This document shows positions 1-8,804 of a stretch of DNA of 42,379 nucleotides, in pieces; the first letter of the stretch is position 1; every line of letters starts with the position of its first letter. The notes under the pieces were generated by a model. It was not told the origin of the DNA. It did not search any database and was given only the letters and a program-made list of their open reading frames with translations. The DNA comes from Sulfurovum sp. (GTDB lineage Bacteria > Campylobacterota > Campylobacteria > Campylobacterales > Sulfurovaceae). The stretch lies in contig WFYB01000090.1 in the NCBI GenBank assembly GCA_015490315.1, positions 1-42,379 on the forward strand, written 5' to 3'. Both the position numbers and the translations under genes were made by a program.

Positions 1-305
1 GCGGCACACAAAGTGCAGATATCCCCAAAGCCAAATCTATGGGGCTCTTTGTGCTTTATAGTGCACATTCGCTTGAAGATGCACAAAATGCGCAGCATCT
101 CGGTGCAGATATGGTCACGCTTAGTCCCATCTTTGAGAGTCCTGGCAAAGGTAAAGCACTGGGACTGGAGAGGCTACGGGATGTCTGTAGATCCTTGTCT
201 ATTCCGGTGATCGCACTGGGTGGCGTGACAGATGAAGCAAAGATAGAGGATGTACGACAGGCAGGTGCCGAGGGCTTCGCCTCTATACGCTATTTTGCCA
301 AGTAG
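1..305 (+). CDS. Thiamine-phosphate synthase/TenI-like TIM-barrel protein, 5'-truncated by the window edge
   Basis: The frame stays open upstream of the track start (from position 3: GTQSADIPKAKSMG...). Motifs SAHSLED, ADMVTLSPIF, IPVIALGGV and GFASIR are typical of the ThiE/TenI C-terminus. Confidence 0.8.
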   Translation, partial: GTQSADIPKAKSMGLFVLYSAHSLEDAQNAQHLGADMVTLSPIFESPGKGKALGLERLRDVCRSLSIPVIALGGVTDEAKIEDVRQAGAEGFASIRYFAK

Positions 306-317
306 CTGACAAAACGT

Positions 318-323
318 TATACT
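318..323 (+). promoter_or_regulatory. Putative sigma70 -10 box (TATACT) for the signal peptidase gene
   Basis: gtTATACT lies 6 nt before ATG 330, with no Shine-Dalgarno between them. Confidence 0.45.
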
Positions 324-329
324 ACTCTT

Positions 330-1001
330 ATGAAGAAGAGATACTATCTGTTTTTATTACTGTTGACAGGTTTGTTTGTAGTGTACAATTTTCGTATCTA
401 CAGGATCGATGGTACCAGTATGAATTATCAACTGCTGCAGAATGATATCGTGATCACTTATAGAGGATTTGAGGATATCAAACGGGGTGATCTGTTGGTC
501 ATGCGCCATCCGCTTGATCCTAAAAACAGGCTCTACATCAAACGCTGTGTGGCACTTCCCAAAGACAAAGTCTTTGAAAATCATCGTTCATTTTATCTTC
601 AGATTGAGAACAATTCTTCCAAGACAAAGATGCTAGGGCTGAGGTATGACCTCGAGCTTGTGCATACGCCGGAAGGCTATTTTATCAAAGATCCCTATCT
701 CAAGTACTATGGTGTAGTACACAACAGAAGGCTTCGTGTGCCGCATGAGCTTGATCATACACCGATCTCCATAATCCCTCCGGCACACTACTATCTGCTT
801 GGCGATTATCGGGACAACTCTACAGATAGCCGTTTCTTCGGCGCGGTGCCGAGATCATGGATTTATTCCAAAGTGATCTATATTTTCCATCATCCGCTTG
901 ACTGGTTGACACTTCTGCAGATCAAAGAGGCAGATGACACACACAGCAGACCACAGGGTGAACGTATCAGGGAGATTTTCAAAGAAAATACGAAGAGATA
1001 A
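330..1001 (+). CDS. lepB: Signal peptidase I (S26 family)
   Basis: Single N-terminal TM helix, catalytic Ser box (DGTSM), RGD box, catalytic Lys box (YIKRCVALP) and box E (GDYRDNSTDSRFFG). Confidence 0.9.
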   Translation: MKKRYYLFLLLLTGLFVVYNFRIYRIDGTSMNYQLLQNDIVITYRGFEDIKRGDLLVMRHPLDPKNRLYIKRCVALPKDKVFENHRSFYLQIENNSSKTKMLGLRYDLELVHTPEGYFIKDPYLKYYGVVHNRRLRVPHELDHTPISIIPPAHYYLLGDYRDNSTDSRFFGAVPRSWIYSKVIYIFHHPLDWLTLLQIKEADDTHSRPQGERIREIFKENTKR

Positions 1002-1680
1002 GTCCGATCATGCCGCCAAAGACACCGCCCCAGACCACCAACCACTGCAGATGTTCACTAATGAGCTGCTCTACAAGTGCTTTGACCATCTTTGGACTCA
1101 GTTCGTCAAGACGTGACTGCACAAGCTGGGCAATGGTCTCTATGAGGTCATTACTGAGTGTAGAGTGGCGCAGATGATGATCGAGCTGTGCTTTGAAGGT
1201 CTCGGAGGAGACGATAGAGGTCACGGCTGATTTAAGCTTGCGCTCGAAAGGTTCTCTCAGTCCCTCAAGCGCCTCTTCACCGCCGAACATCTGTATAGCA
1301 CCGCCAAACTTGGACTCCATGACGCTCTGGGAGAGTGCATCAAATGCCGGTGAGAAGTCAGCCGATACGACCAAAGGGGCGAGATCGATCTTCTGCTCCT
1401 CCTTGGCAAAAAAGCTTTGTATCTTCTCTTTAGTAAAGAACTGTGTCATGATCATCTGTGCGATCGCCTTTTTGAACTGCTCAAAGTTGGCTTCGATCAC
1501 CCCGGAACCGTAAAGAAACGGCACCTTTTCAAAAAGCATATAGATTGCCAGCCAATTGGTCACTGCGCCTGAGAGCGCGAACAGACCGGTATAGAGCAAA
1601 GGACGGTGATAAGCAGGAAATAGATAGGATGCCCCAATGAGAAGCATTGCAGCCAGATTGGTTATTGCTGATTTATTCAT
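979..1680 (-). CDS. DUF445-family membrane protein
   Basis: GAVTNWLAIYMLF near the N-terminus and LQWLVVWGGVFGGMIG at the C-terminus. Start moved from the track's 1815 to ATG 1680 (MNKSAIT), which has a GGAG-type RBS and avoids overlapping gatB. Confidence 0.8.
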   Translation of the reverse strand: MNKSAITNLAAMLLIGASYLFPAYHRPLLYTGLFALSGAVTNWLAIYMLFEKVPFLYGSGVIEANFEQFKKAIAQMIMTQFFTKEKIQSFFAKEEQKIDLAPLVVSADFSPAFDALSQSVMESKFGGAIQMFGGEEALEGLREPFERKLKSAVTSIVSSETFKAQLDHHLRHSTLSNDLIETIAQLVQSRLDELSPKMVKALVEQLISEHLQWLVVWGGVFGGMIGLISSYFL

Positions 1681-1746
1681 CTCTTCTCTCCGCAGAATTT
1701 TTTGGTGCAGAAATTTTATCTCATTAGAGTTAAATAAGCAAATGGT

Positions 1747-1752
1747 TATAAT
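1747..1752 (+). promoter_or_regulatory. Putative -10 box (TATAAT) upstream of gatB
   Basis: Consensus hexamer 30 nt before ATG 1783, followed by an AAGGA RBS. Confidence 0.5.
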
Positions 1753-1782
1753 ATCTTTAATTTTTTCCCAAGGAAACCACTG

Positions 1783-3213
1783 ATGTTTGAAACCGTGATC
1801 GGTCTTGAAGTCCATGTCCAGCTCAATACCAAAAGTAAACTCTTTTGTAGTTGTCCTACGTCATTTGCAGCACACCAAAACAGCAATACCTGTCCAACCT
1901 GTCTGGCACTGCCTGGAGCACTGCCGGTAGTCAACAAGGAAGCGGCCATCAAAGCGATGCGTTTGGCAAATGCAGTCAATGCGACGATCAACGAAGCAAG
2001 CCGTTTTGACCGTAAATCCTACTTCTATCCCGACTCTCCGAGTGCCTACCAGATCACACAGTTTTATGAGCCGATCCTTAGAGACGGGACTCTTACAATA
2101 GACTTGGAAGACGGTACACAAAAAGAGATCCATATTACTGAGGCGCATCTTGAAGCCGATGCGGGTAAAAATATGCATGAGGGTGACCACTCCAAAGTCG
2201 ATCTAAACCGTGCGGGTACACCGCTGCTTGAGATCGTTAGTGCCCCTGATATGCGCAGTGCCGATGAGACAGTGGCGTATCTCAAGAAGCTGCATGCGAT
2301 GGTACGCTATCTCGATATCAGCGATGCCAATATGCAGGAGGGGTCGTTCCGTTGTGATGTCAATGTCTCTATCCGCCCCAAAGGCGAGGAGCGCTTTGGC
2401 ACCCGTGTAGAGATCAAAAACCTCAATTCATTCCGTTTTGTAGCACAAGCAATTGCCTATGAAGTACAGCGTCAGGTAGAAGCATATGAAGATGGTATCT
2501 ATGAGCAGGAGGTCGTGCAAGAGACCAGACTCTTTGATGTCAACAAAGGTGAGACACGTTCGATGCGCGGCAAAGAGGAGGCGGCAGACTACCGCTATTT
2601 TCCTGAGCCGGACATCAGACCTCTGGTAGTGACAGAAGCGATGAAAGAGGCAGCACGAGATATTCCGGAACTTCCCGATGAGAAGGTGACACGCTACACA
2701 GAAGAACTGGGTATCAAACGTACGGATGCACTGGTGATCACTTCGGACAAAGCGCTGGCAAGCTATTTTGAAGCGATGATAGAGCAGGGGGCTGCAGCCA
2801 AAACAGCAGTGACATGGCTCACCTCTGAACTGCTTGGTCGGCTCAACAAAGCCGGATTGAGTATAGAGGAGTCTCCGGTCGACGCCGAGACATTGGGCAC
2901 ACTGCTTTCGAAGATCGCAGACGGCAGTGTCTCGGGCAAAGGTGCCAAAGAGGTGCTTGACTATATGATGGAGAGTGACAACAGGGATGTGGATGCTATC
3001 ATCGATGAACTGGGACTGGCGCAGGTGAGTGATGACGGGGCGATCCTCTCACTCATCGATGAGATACTCGCTGCCAATCCTGAAAAGGTAGAGGAGTACA
3101 AAGCGGGCAAAGAGAAGCTCTTTGGGTTCTTTGTAGGGCAGACGATGAAAGCGAGCAAAGGCAGCGCCAATCCTGCCAAAGTAAACGAACTGCTCAAGCA
3201 GAGGCTCTCTTAG
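1783..3213 (+). CDS. gatB: Asp-tRNA(Asn)/Glu-tRNA(Gln) amidotransferase subunit B
   Basis: [58 protein letters not shown] and a C-terminal YqeY-like domain ([12 protein letters not shown]). Confidence 0.97.
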   Translation: MFETVIGLEVHVQLNTKSKLFCSCPTSFAAHQNSNTCPTCLALPGALPVVNKEAAIKAMRLANAVNATINEASRFDRKSYFYPDSPSAYQITQFYEPILRDGTLTIDLEDGTQKEIHITEAHLEADAGKNMHEGDHSKVDLNRAGTPLLEIVSAPDMRSADETVAYLKKLHAMVRYLDISDANMQEGSFRCDVNVSIRPKGEERFGTRVEIKNLNSFRFVAQAIAYEVQRQVEAYEDGIYEQEVVQETRLFDVNKGETRSMRGKEEAADYRYFPEPDIRPLVVTEAMKEAARDIPELPDEKVTRYTEELGIKRTDALVITSDKALASYFEAMIEQGAAAKTAVTWLTSELLGRLNKAGLSIEESPVDAETLGTLLSKIADGSVSGKGAKEVLDYMMESDNRDVDAIIDELGLAQVSDDGAILSLIDEILAANPEKVEEYKAGKEKLFGFFVGQTMKASKGSANPAKVNELLKQRLS

Positions 3214-3216
3214 CCG

Positions 3217-4764
3217 ATGCTGGGGACTCTCCTGGTTCGTTTCGCATTTGCACTGCAGGGATCGGCTGCCTATCGCCGAACCAAACAGTTTTTTCGTGAT
3301 ATTCTCAACAACCCTGAATGCAGTTACAAAAAATATTTTGATTCTTTGATGATCTTTTTGATCCTTACTTCTGTAGGGATACTGGTCTATGAAGTACGTC
3401 ATCCTGTGCCTGAATGGATGATCATCTATGATGTCTATGTGGTCTCACTGATCTTTGCAGTCGAGTATCTGCTGCGTCTCTGGGTCTACAGTGATGTGCA
3501 TACGGAGATCATCCGGGCGTATGAAGAGGCGAAATTTCTTCGTAAGCCCTTTAGACTTTCAGAGGTATTGGCAAAGATCGCCAAAGAGAAGTTCCGGTAT
3601 ATCATCTCACTGCCTGCGATCATCGATTTTTTGGCGATCCTGCCTGCCTATAGACCGCTGAGGATACTGCGTATTTTTGTACTCTTTAGGGTATTTAAGC
3701 TGCTGCGCTACACCAAGAGTATCAATCAGTTTGTCGATGTCCTCTCCAACAAACGGTTCGAGCTCTATACACTGCTTTTTTTACTCCTGTTTATTATGGC
3801 GACAGCAGGGATCGCGATCTACGTCTTCGAAGAGGACAAGAACCCCAATATCACATCACTTTTTGATGCTTTTTACTGGGCACTTGTGACGATCTCTACA
3901 GTCGGTTACGGTGATATCGCGCCGGTGACACCACAGGGCAGGATGATCTCCATCTTGATCATCATCAGTGGGATCGCGATGATCTCGTTTGTGACATCAG
4001 TCATTGTCTCTGCCTTTTCCGAAAAGCTGGATGCACTCAAAGAGAACCGGATCATCGAAGAGCTCAATAGAAAAAAAGCTTTTTTGATCATCTGCGGCTA
4101 TGGACAGATGACCAAGATGTTTTTGCGTCAGGAGCAGAAACTGGGGAGTGACTATGTGATCATAGACAAAGATCCCGATGTGGTGGCACGGGCGATCAAG
4201 GATGGATACCAGGCGATCAATGAAGATGCCAGCAGGCATGATGTGCTTGCCAAGTTCAACTACGAGTATGCCAAGATCACAGTGCTGTGTCTGACAGACA
4301 GTGATGTGGAGAATATCTATATCGCACTCAATGCCAAAAGCCTCTCTCCCTCTATCAAGGTGATCGCCAGAGCTACAGATGAAGGGATGCAAAAGAAATA
4401 TGCACTTGCAGGTGTAGATCATACCCTGCTGCCTGCACAGGTGACTGGTATGATGCTGCTTACGGCAATCACCAAGCCTGTCATGTACCGGGGGATGCAT
4501 GCGATCCTGACGGGACAGCATGTCGCACATATCGATGAGGTCTATGCCTATCGCTGCGTGGGGCTGATAGGCAAACAAGTCTTAGAGATTGATTTTAGAA
4601 GTTTCAGACTCCTGTTTATCGGTATTCAGCGTGGAGAGAAGGGGGAGTTTCTCTTTAACCCTCCTGCTGATACAGTAATCTCAGAAGAGGATATTCTTCT
4701 GCTCATGGGACTGGAGATCAGTATCAGACACTTCAAAGAGACATTTGGCGGAGGTGAGTTATGA
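3217..4764 (+). CDS. 6-TM potassium channel with C-terminal RCK (TrkA-N/TrkA-C) domains
   Basis: S4-like RPLRILRIFVLFRVFKLLR, pore helix and filter YWALVTISTVGYGD, then RCK motifs IICGYG and DVENI. Confidence 0.9.
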   Translation: MLGTLLVRFAFALQGSAAYRRTKQFFRDILNNPECSYKKYFDSLMIFLILTSVGILVYEVRHPVPEWMIIYDVYVVSLIFAVEYLLRLWVYSDVHTEIIRAYEEAKFLRKPFRLSEVLAKIAKEKFRYIISLPAIIDFLAILPAYRPLRILRIFVLFRVFKLLRYTKSINQFVDVLSNKRFELYTLLFLLLFIMATAGIAIYVFEEDKNPNITSLFDAFYWALVTISTVGYGDIAPVTPQGRMISILIIISGIAMISFVTSVIVSAFSEKLDALKENRIIEELNRKKAFLIICGYGQMTKMFLRQEQKLGSDYVIIDKDPDVVARAIKDGYQAINEDASRHDVLAKFNYEYAKITVLCLTDSDVENIYIALNAKSLSPSIKVIARATDEGMQKKYALAGVDHTLLPAQVTGMMLLTAITKPVMYRGMHAILTGQHVAHIDEVYAYRCVGLIGKQVLEIDFRSFRLLFIGIQRGEKGEFLFNPPADTVISEEDILLLMGLEISIRHFKETFGGGEL

Positions 4765-5471
4765 GCAAGAGAGTCTATCTGTTCGGCTATGGGAAGCAGG
4801 GACATGCACTCGCTGAAGGTTTGAGGAGAGAAGTCTTTGAAGTGGTGATCATCGAAACAGATCCTCACTATGTCGAGGCGGCAAAAGCAGCAGGTTTTGA
4901 AGAGAGCTATCTCATCGATGTCACACAGGACAGCCAGATAGAGGCACTCCATATTACGCCAGATGCGACGATGGTCTGTGTCATGGAGGATGAGCATCTC
5001 AATGTCTTTTTGACGCTCTCGTTGCGCGCACTCTATCCCGAAGCGACTATTTTTGCGATCTCCTCCTCGATCCATATGACACAAAAACTCAAAATGGCGG
5101 GTGCCAGCCGTGTGATCGATCTCTATCATGTCAGTGCCAACCGTATCCACAACATTCTTACCAAACCGGTTGCGACAAAGCTTCTCGATAGTTTTATCTC
5201 CAATGATTCGGATATCTCTTTTCGCGAGATAGCGATACCTGAGGGGTCATGGCTGCATGGTAAGATGGCGGAAGAGGTGGACTTCTCCGCCTATGGTGTA
5301 TTGCTTCTGGGGCTTGTGGATCTTGAGCTTGGTAACAAATTTATCTTTATTACCAGCGGCGTGGCACATAAGCTTGACAGCGGAGATATCCTCGTCTGTA
5401 TAGGCTATAATGAAGATCTTGACCGGTTTGAATCTATTATCAAATTGTCAACTGAGCCAAAAAAAATCTGA
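4761..5471 (+). CDS. Soluble TrkA/KtrA-like RCK regulatory protein
   Basis: N-terminal Rossmann motif LFGYGKQG, DEHLN, LKMAGA and a C-terminal TrkA-C domain. Overlaps the channel stop codon (ATGA). Confidence 0.85.
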   Translation: MSKRVYLFGYGKQGHALAEGLRREVFEVVIIETDPHYVEAAKAAGFEESYLIDVTQDSQIEALHITPDATMVCVMEDEHLNVFLTLSLRALYPEATIFAISSSIHMTQKLKMAGASRVIDLYHVSANRIHNILTKPVATKLLDSFISNDSDISFREIAIPEGSWLHGKMAEEVDFSAYGVLLLGLVDLELGNKFIFITSGVAHKLDSGDILVCIGYNEDLDRFESIIKLSTEPKKI

Positions 5472-5494
5472 GATTAGAGTTGCAGGAGAGAGAT

Positions 5495-6382
5495 ATGCAT
5501 ATAGCGGTGATAGGAGCAGGGAAGTGGGGACAGGCGCTCAACCATGCTTTTTTACAGAAGAATGAGGTGGTGATCTCTTCAAGGCAGCCCAAAGAGATTG
5601 CCAATTTCGTGTCTATGGAAGAGGCATTGGCTTCAGAATATCTGGTCATGGCAATCCCTGCACAGCATGTACGGGGGTGGATGGAAGCACACTTTGTTGA
5701 TAGAGGGCAGAAGATCCTTGTCGCTGCTAAAGGAATAGAGACTTCAACTGGAGCCTTCCTTAATGAGGTCTATGGAGATTTCGTACCCTCTGAGCGTCTG
5801 GCATTTATCTCAGGACCCTCTTTCGCCGCAGAAGTGATGCAGTCACTGCCTACAGCACTGGTGATCAGCTCGACTAATTCGGCGCTTGCACAGAAGTACG
5901 CCGATGCTCTCCCTGACTTCATCAAGGGGTATGTCAGCGATGATGTGATCGGTGCAGAGGTTGGAGGTGCCTACAAAAATGTCATCGCCATTGCGGGAGG
6001 TGTGTGTGACGGCTTGGGACTTGGCAACAATGCAAGGGCGGCACTGATCTCCCGTGGATTGGTAGAGATGACCCGTTTTGGAGAGGCATTTGGGGCAAAG
6101 AGTGAGACATTTCTTTCGCTTGGGGGTGCTGGAGACCTCTTCTTGACTGCAAGCTCGACACTCTCACGAAACTACCGGGTAGGTTTGGGACTTGCTGAGG
6201 GTAAAAAGACAGAGACGATTCTTCAGGAGCTTGGAGAGGTTGCCGAAGGGGTACCGACAGCAAGCGCACTCTACAAGATCGCTATGGAAAGAGAGATCTA
6301 TCTGCCTATCGCCAGAGAGGTATATGCGATGATCAATGAGGGCAAAGATCCGCAGGAGAGCGTACGCGATTTACTCAGTTAA
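5495..6382 (+). CDS. gpsA: NAD(P)H-dependent glycerol-3-phosphate dehydrogenase
   Basis: GAGKWG, KGIE, SGPSFA, GAYKNVIAIAGG, GAGDLFLT, SRNY and VAEG. Start set at ATG 5495 after a GGAG RBS (the track uses TTG 5480). Confidence 0.95.
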   Translation: MHIAVIGAGKWGQALNHAFLQKNEVVISSRQPKEIANFVSMEEALASEYLVMAIPAQHVRGWMEAHFVDRGQKILVAAKGIETSTGAFLNEVYGDFVPSERLAFISGPSFAAEVMQSLPTALVISSTNSALAQKYADALPDFIKGYVSDDVIGAEVGGAYKNVIAIAGGVCDGLGLGNNARAALISRGLVEMTRFGEAFGAKSETFLSLGGAGDLFLTASSTLSRNYRVGLGLAEGKKTETILQELGEVAEGVPTASALYKIAMEREIYLPIAREVYAMINEGKDPQESVRDLLS

Positions 6383-6389
6383 AACGTGA

Positions 6390-6860
6390 CTACTGTATCT
6401 TTTCGAGTTCATCATAGGTAAGTGCTTTGACTTTCTCTTCGAGAATATCCAGAACTGCGAGTAGCTCCTCTGAAGAGCGTTTGAGATATTTGAAATGGGC
6501 TTTGGCTTTCTCTTTGTCTGCGGGAGTGACATGCTTGCTGTTGAGTGTAAAGATCTTTTGCAGAAGAGAGCGCTTGGAAGGCATAATAAAGAAAATCTTG
6601 TAGATATCCATATAGGCATCATGCAGATCATTGTGATGATGCTCGATACGGTTGATCAGGTTGTCGATGCTGGGTACAAGTCTGAGCTTGACACCATCAT
6701 GGTAAAACCACTGACCAAAAGCACAGGTGGTAGACTCCAGGGGGATAAAATCTTTGTCTACAGGCAGACCGCTTACAAGGTGGTCAGCACGTTTGACCCA
6801 TCGGATATGGGCGGTTTTTGCATCTTGAATCTGTTGTAGTATTCCTGTTTTTGTCATCAT
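6390..6860 (-). CDS. Stand-alone CZB (chemoreceptor zinc-binding) domain protein
   Basis: AHIRW, TCAFGQWFY and HHNDLH give the 3His/1Cys CZB pattern. No other domain is present. Confidence 0.8.
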   Translation of the reverse strand: MMTKTGILQQIQDAKTAHIRWVKRADHLVSGLPVDKDFIPLESTTCAFGQWFYHDGVKLRLVPSIDNLINRIEHHHNDLHDAYMDIYKIFFIMPSKRSLLQKIFTLNSKHVTPADKEKAKAHFKYLKRSSEELLAVLDILEEKVKALTYDELEKIQ

Positions 6861-6902
6861 ATTTCCCTAACCTTTTGCTCTGTATTATTGGATTGTTTTC
6901 AA

Positions 6903-6911
6903 ATTATATCA
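6903..6911 (-). promoter_or_regulatory. Extended -10 promoter (TGATATAAT) for the CZB gene
   Basis: The reverse complement of attatatca is a perfect TGnTATAAT, about 43 nt upstream of the CZB start. Confidence 0.55.
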
Positions 6912-7043
6912 CTTTAAGATTTAATTCAAGTTAAGTTAATCTTATTACCTATTATACCTATAGATATAATATGTATTGAGTGCCGGGTTTGAGGTATTAA
7001 CCCTATTTTGGATATGATTAAGAAGTGTTTATATGAAGGAGCG

Positions 7044-8804
7044 ATGGTTATAGTGTATCACAGAATTGTCACACTTTTTTTACTGTTCTTTTCTGTTTCT
7101 CTTTTCGCTGTCCAAACACCGTCTGCTACGCATATTATCCGTTTTGAGGGAAATACCTATTTTGATACAGATACCTTGGCGGATGTTGCGGGTGCCAAAG
7201 GGAAGCGCTTTTTCCAGTTTTGGAAAGATGATACGGTACATATCGATGACCGGCTGATCCCTACACTTGAACCGACATTGCGGAACTTCTATGAGTCAGA
7301 AGGTTTCTACCATGCCAAGATCAAGATCAAAGAGGACAATACCACAGTGCTTGTCCATATCGATGCAGGAGATCCTGTACGCATAAGAGAGATCAATATC
7401 ACCAGTGATTTTGATCTTTCCAAACTTGTTACATTTCAGAAGGGTGAACGCTTCCGAGCCAAAAAGTTTGTTGAAATCAAAGCGGAGATCATTAAAGCGT
7501 TGCTTGAACAAGGGTACTGCAGCTATGATCTCGATACCAAAGCCTATGTAGATCTGGATAAAAACATCGCTGATCTTCGCTATAGGCTCAAAAAAGGCGG
7601 TATCTGCACATTTGGAGAGACGACGATCAAAGGACTCAAAACGATCGACAAAGATGTTGTGATGTCCCGTGTGAGAGCCAAAAAGGGTGAACGATTCAGC
7701 ACCAAGAAGATCAAAGCCACCTATACCGATATCTATGCGCTCGAAAGTTTTGACCGGGTAGCGGTCAACTTTGACCGGAAATTTTTCAATGTTGTGCCGA
7801 TAGATATCAGTGTTGATGAGATAGAACACCCCTATCACTATGAAGTCGGTGCAGGGTACGATACCTATATAGGTGCGCGGGTGCACGGTAAGATCATCAA
7901 GAAAAACTTCATGGGGAATGCACAAAAAGCCTCTTTGAGACTTGCATGGTCTCAACGAGAGCAGGTTGCGATCGCTGATTTCTTCAAACCGGCATGGTTC
8001 TGGGTGTTTGGGTACGGTATCGACTTCTCCGTAACAGGCGGATACTCCAATCTCGAATATATCGGTTTTAAAGAGGAGAAGAGTTTTGTCAAGGCCGCAC
8101 TCTCCCATAACGAAGGAAAGGTGGCTTTGAAACTTGGTTTGGCACTGGAAAATATCAAGATCTCTCTTCTGGATGGTACTGTCAATCTTAAACAGGCGAT
8201 CAATGAGGGGAGTTTTCTGCTCTTCTATCCCTACTTGAACTTTGTCTACGATGCGCGTGATGACAAGCTCAATCCAAGATACGGCTACTATATCGAGACG
8301 ATACTTGAGTATGCCGTTCCCTATAAAAGCGATGCAACTACTTATACCAAGAGCTATATTGAAACACGGTTGATCCATACCTTTTTTGAGAAACTGACAC
8401 TTGCCGGGGTAGTCAAAGCAGGTGTTGTCGATGTCAGTTCCAATCAACTGCCCGAATCTAAACTCTTTTTCGCGGGAGGCTCTTTCTCCAACCGGGCATA
8501 CGGATACAATACGATCGGAGTGATACTCTCACCTACCGTGGATACGATCTATGGTGCTTCATCAATGCTCAATCTCTCTCTCGAGGCAGACTATCCGCTC
8601 TGGGGCAATCTATATGGGGCTCTTTTTACAGACAATACGATGCTGACAAATAAGAGTTATGATTTCACAGGTGAGGTGATCACCTCTGCAGGTGTAGGGG
8701 TACGCTATATGACACCGATCGGACCGTTCAAACTCGATGTTGGCTTCAATGTACATAAGCCGTCCCAGTACGGTATCTCATTTCAGATAGGACAGTCGTT
8801 TTGA
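7044..8804 (+). CDS. tamA: Omp85/TamA-family outer-membrane protein (POTRA domains + beta-barrel)
   Basis: Signal peptide, POTRA-like segments (YESEGFYHA, LLEQGY), barrel loop FFAGGSFSNRAY, GVGVRYMTPIGPFKLDVG and C-terminal IGQSF. Directly upstream of a TamB-like gene. Start uncertain (7008, 7044 or 7053). Confidence 0.8.
   Translation: MVIVYHRIVTLFLLFFSVSLFAVQTPSATHIIRFEGNTYFDTDTLADVAGAKGKRFFQFWKDDTVHIDDRLIPTLEPTLRNFYESEGFYHAKIKIKEDNTTVLVHIDAGDPVRIREINITSDFDLSKLVTFQKGERFRAKKFVEIKAEIIKALLEQGYCSYDLDTKAYVDLDKNIADLRYRLKKGGICTFGETTIKGLKTIDKDVVMSRVRAKKGERFSTKKIKATYTDIYALESFDRVAVNFDRKFFNVVPIDISVDEIEHPYHYEVGAGYDTYIGARVHGKIIKKNFMGNAQKASLRLAWSQREQVAIADFFKPAWFWVFGYGIDFSVTGGYSNLEYIGFKEEKSFVKAALSHNEGKVALKLGLALENIKISLLDGTVNLKQAINEGSFLLFYPYLNFVYDARDDKLNPRYGYYIETILEYAVPYKSDATTYTKSYIETRLIHTFFEKLTLAGVVKAGVVDVSSNQLPESKLFFAGGSFSNRAYGYNTIGVILSPTVDTIYGASSMLNLSLEADYPLWGNLYGALFTDNTMLTNKSYDFTGEVITSAGVGVRYMTPIGPFKLDVGFNVHKPSQYGISFQIGQSF

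Noticed and set aside
2140-2172. GatB motif reads HLEADAGK instead of HxEEDAGK
   Set aside because: The first (metal-binding) Glu and all other motifs are intact, so this is probably a lineage variant.
7296-8447. 383-aa antisense ORF inside tamA, and similar long antisense ORFs (14874-15497, 23091-24026, 26632-27318, 28798-29484)
   Set aside because: They lie opposite well-conserved genes, show no recognisable motifs, and are expected shadows of codon bias.
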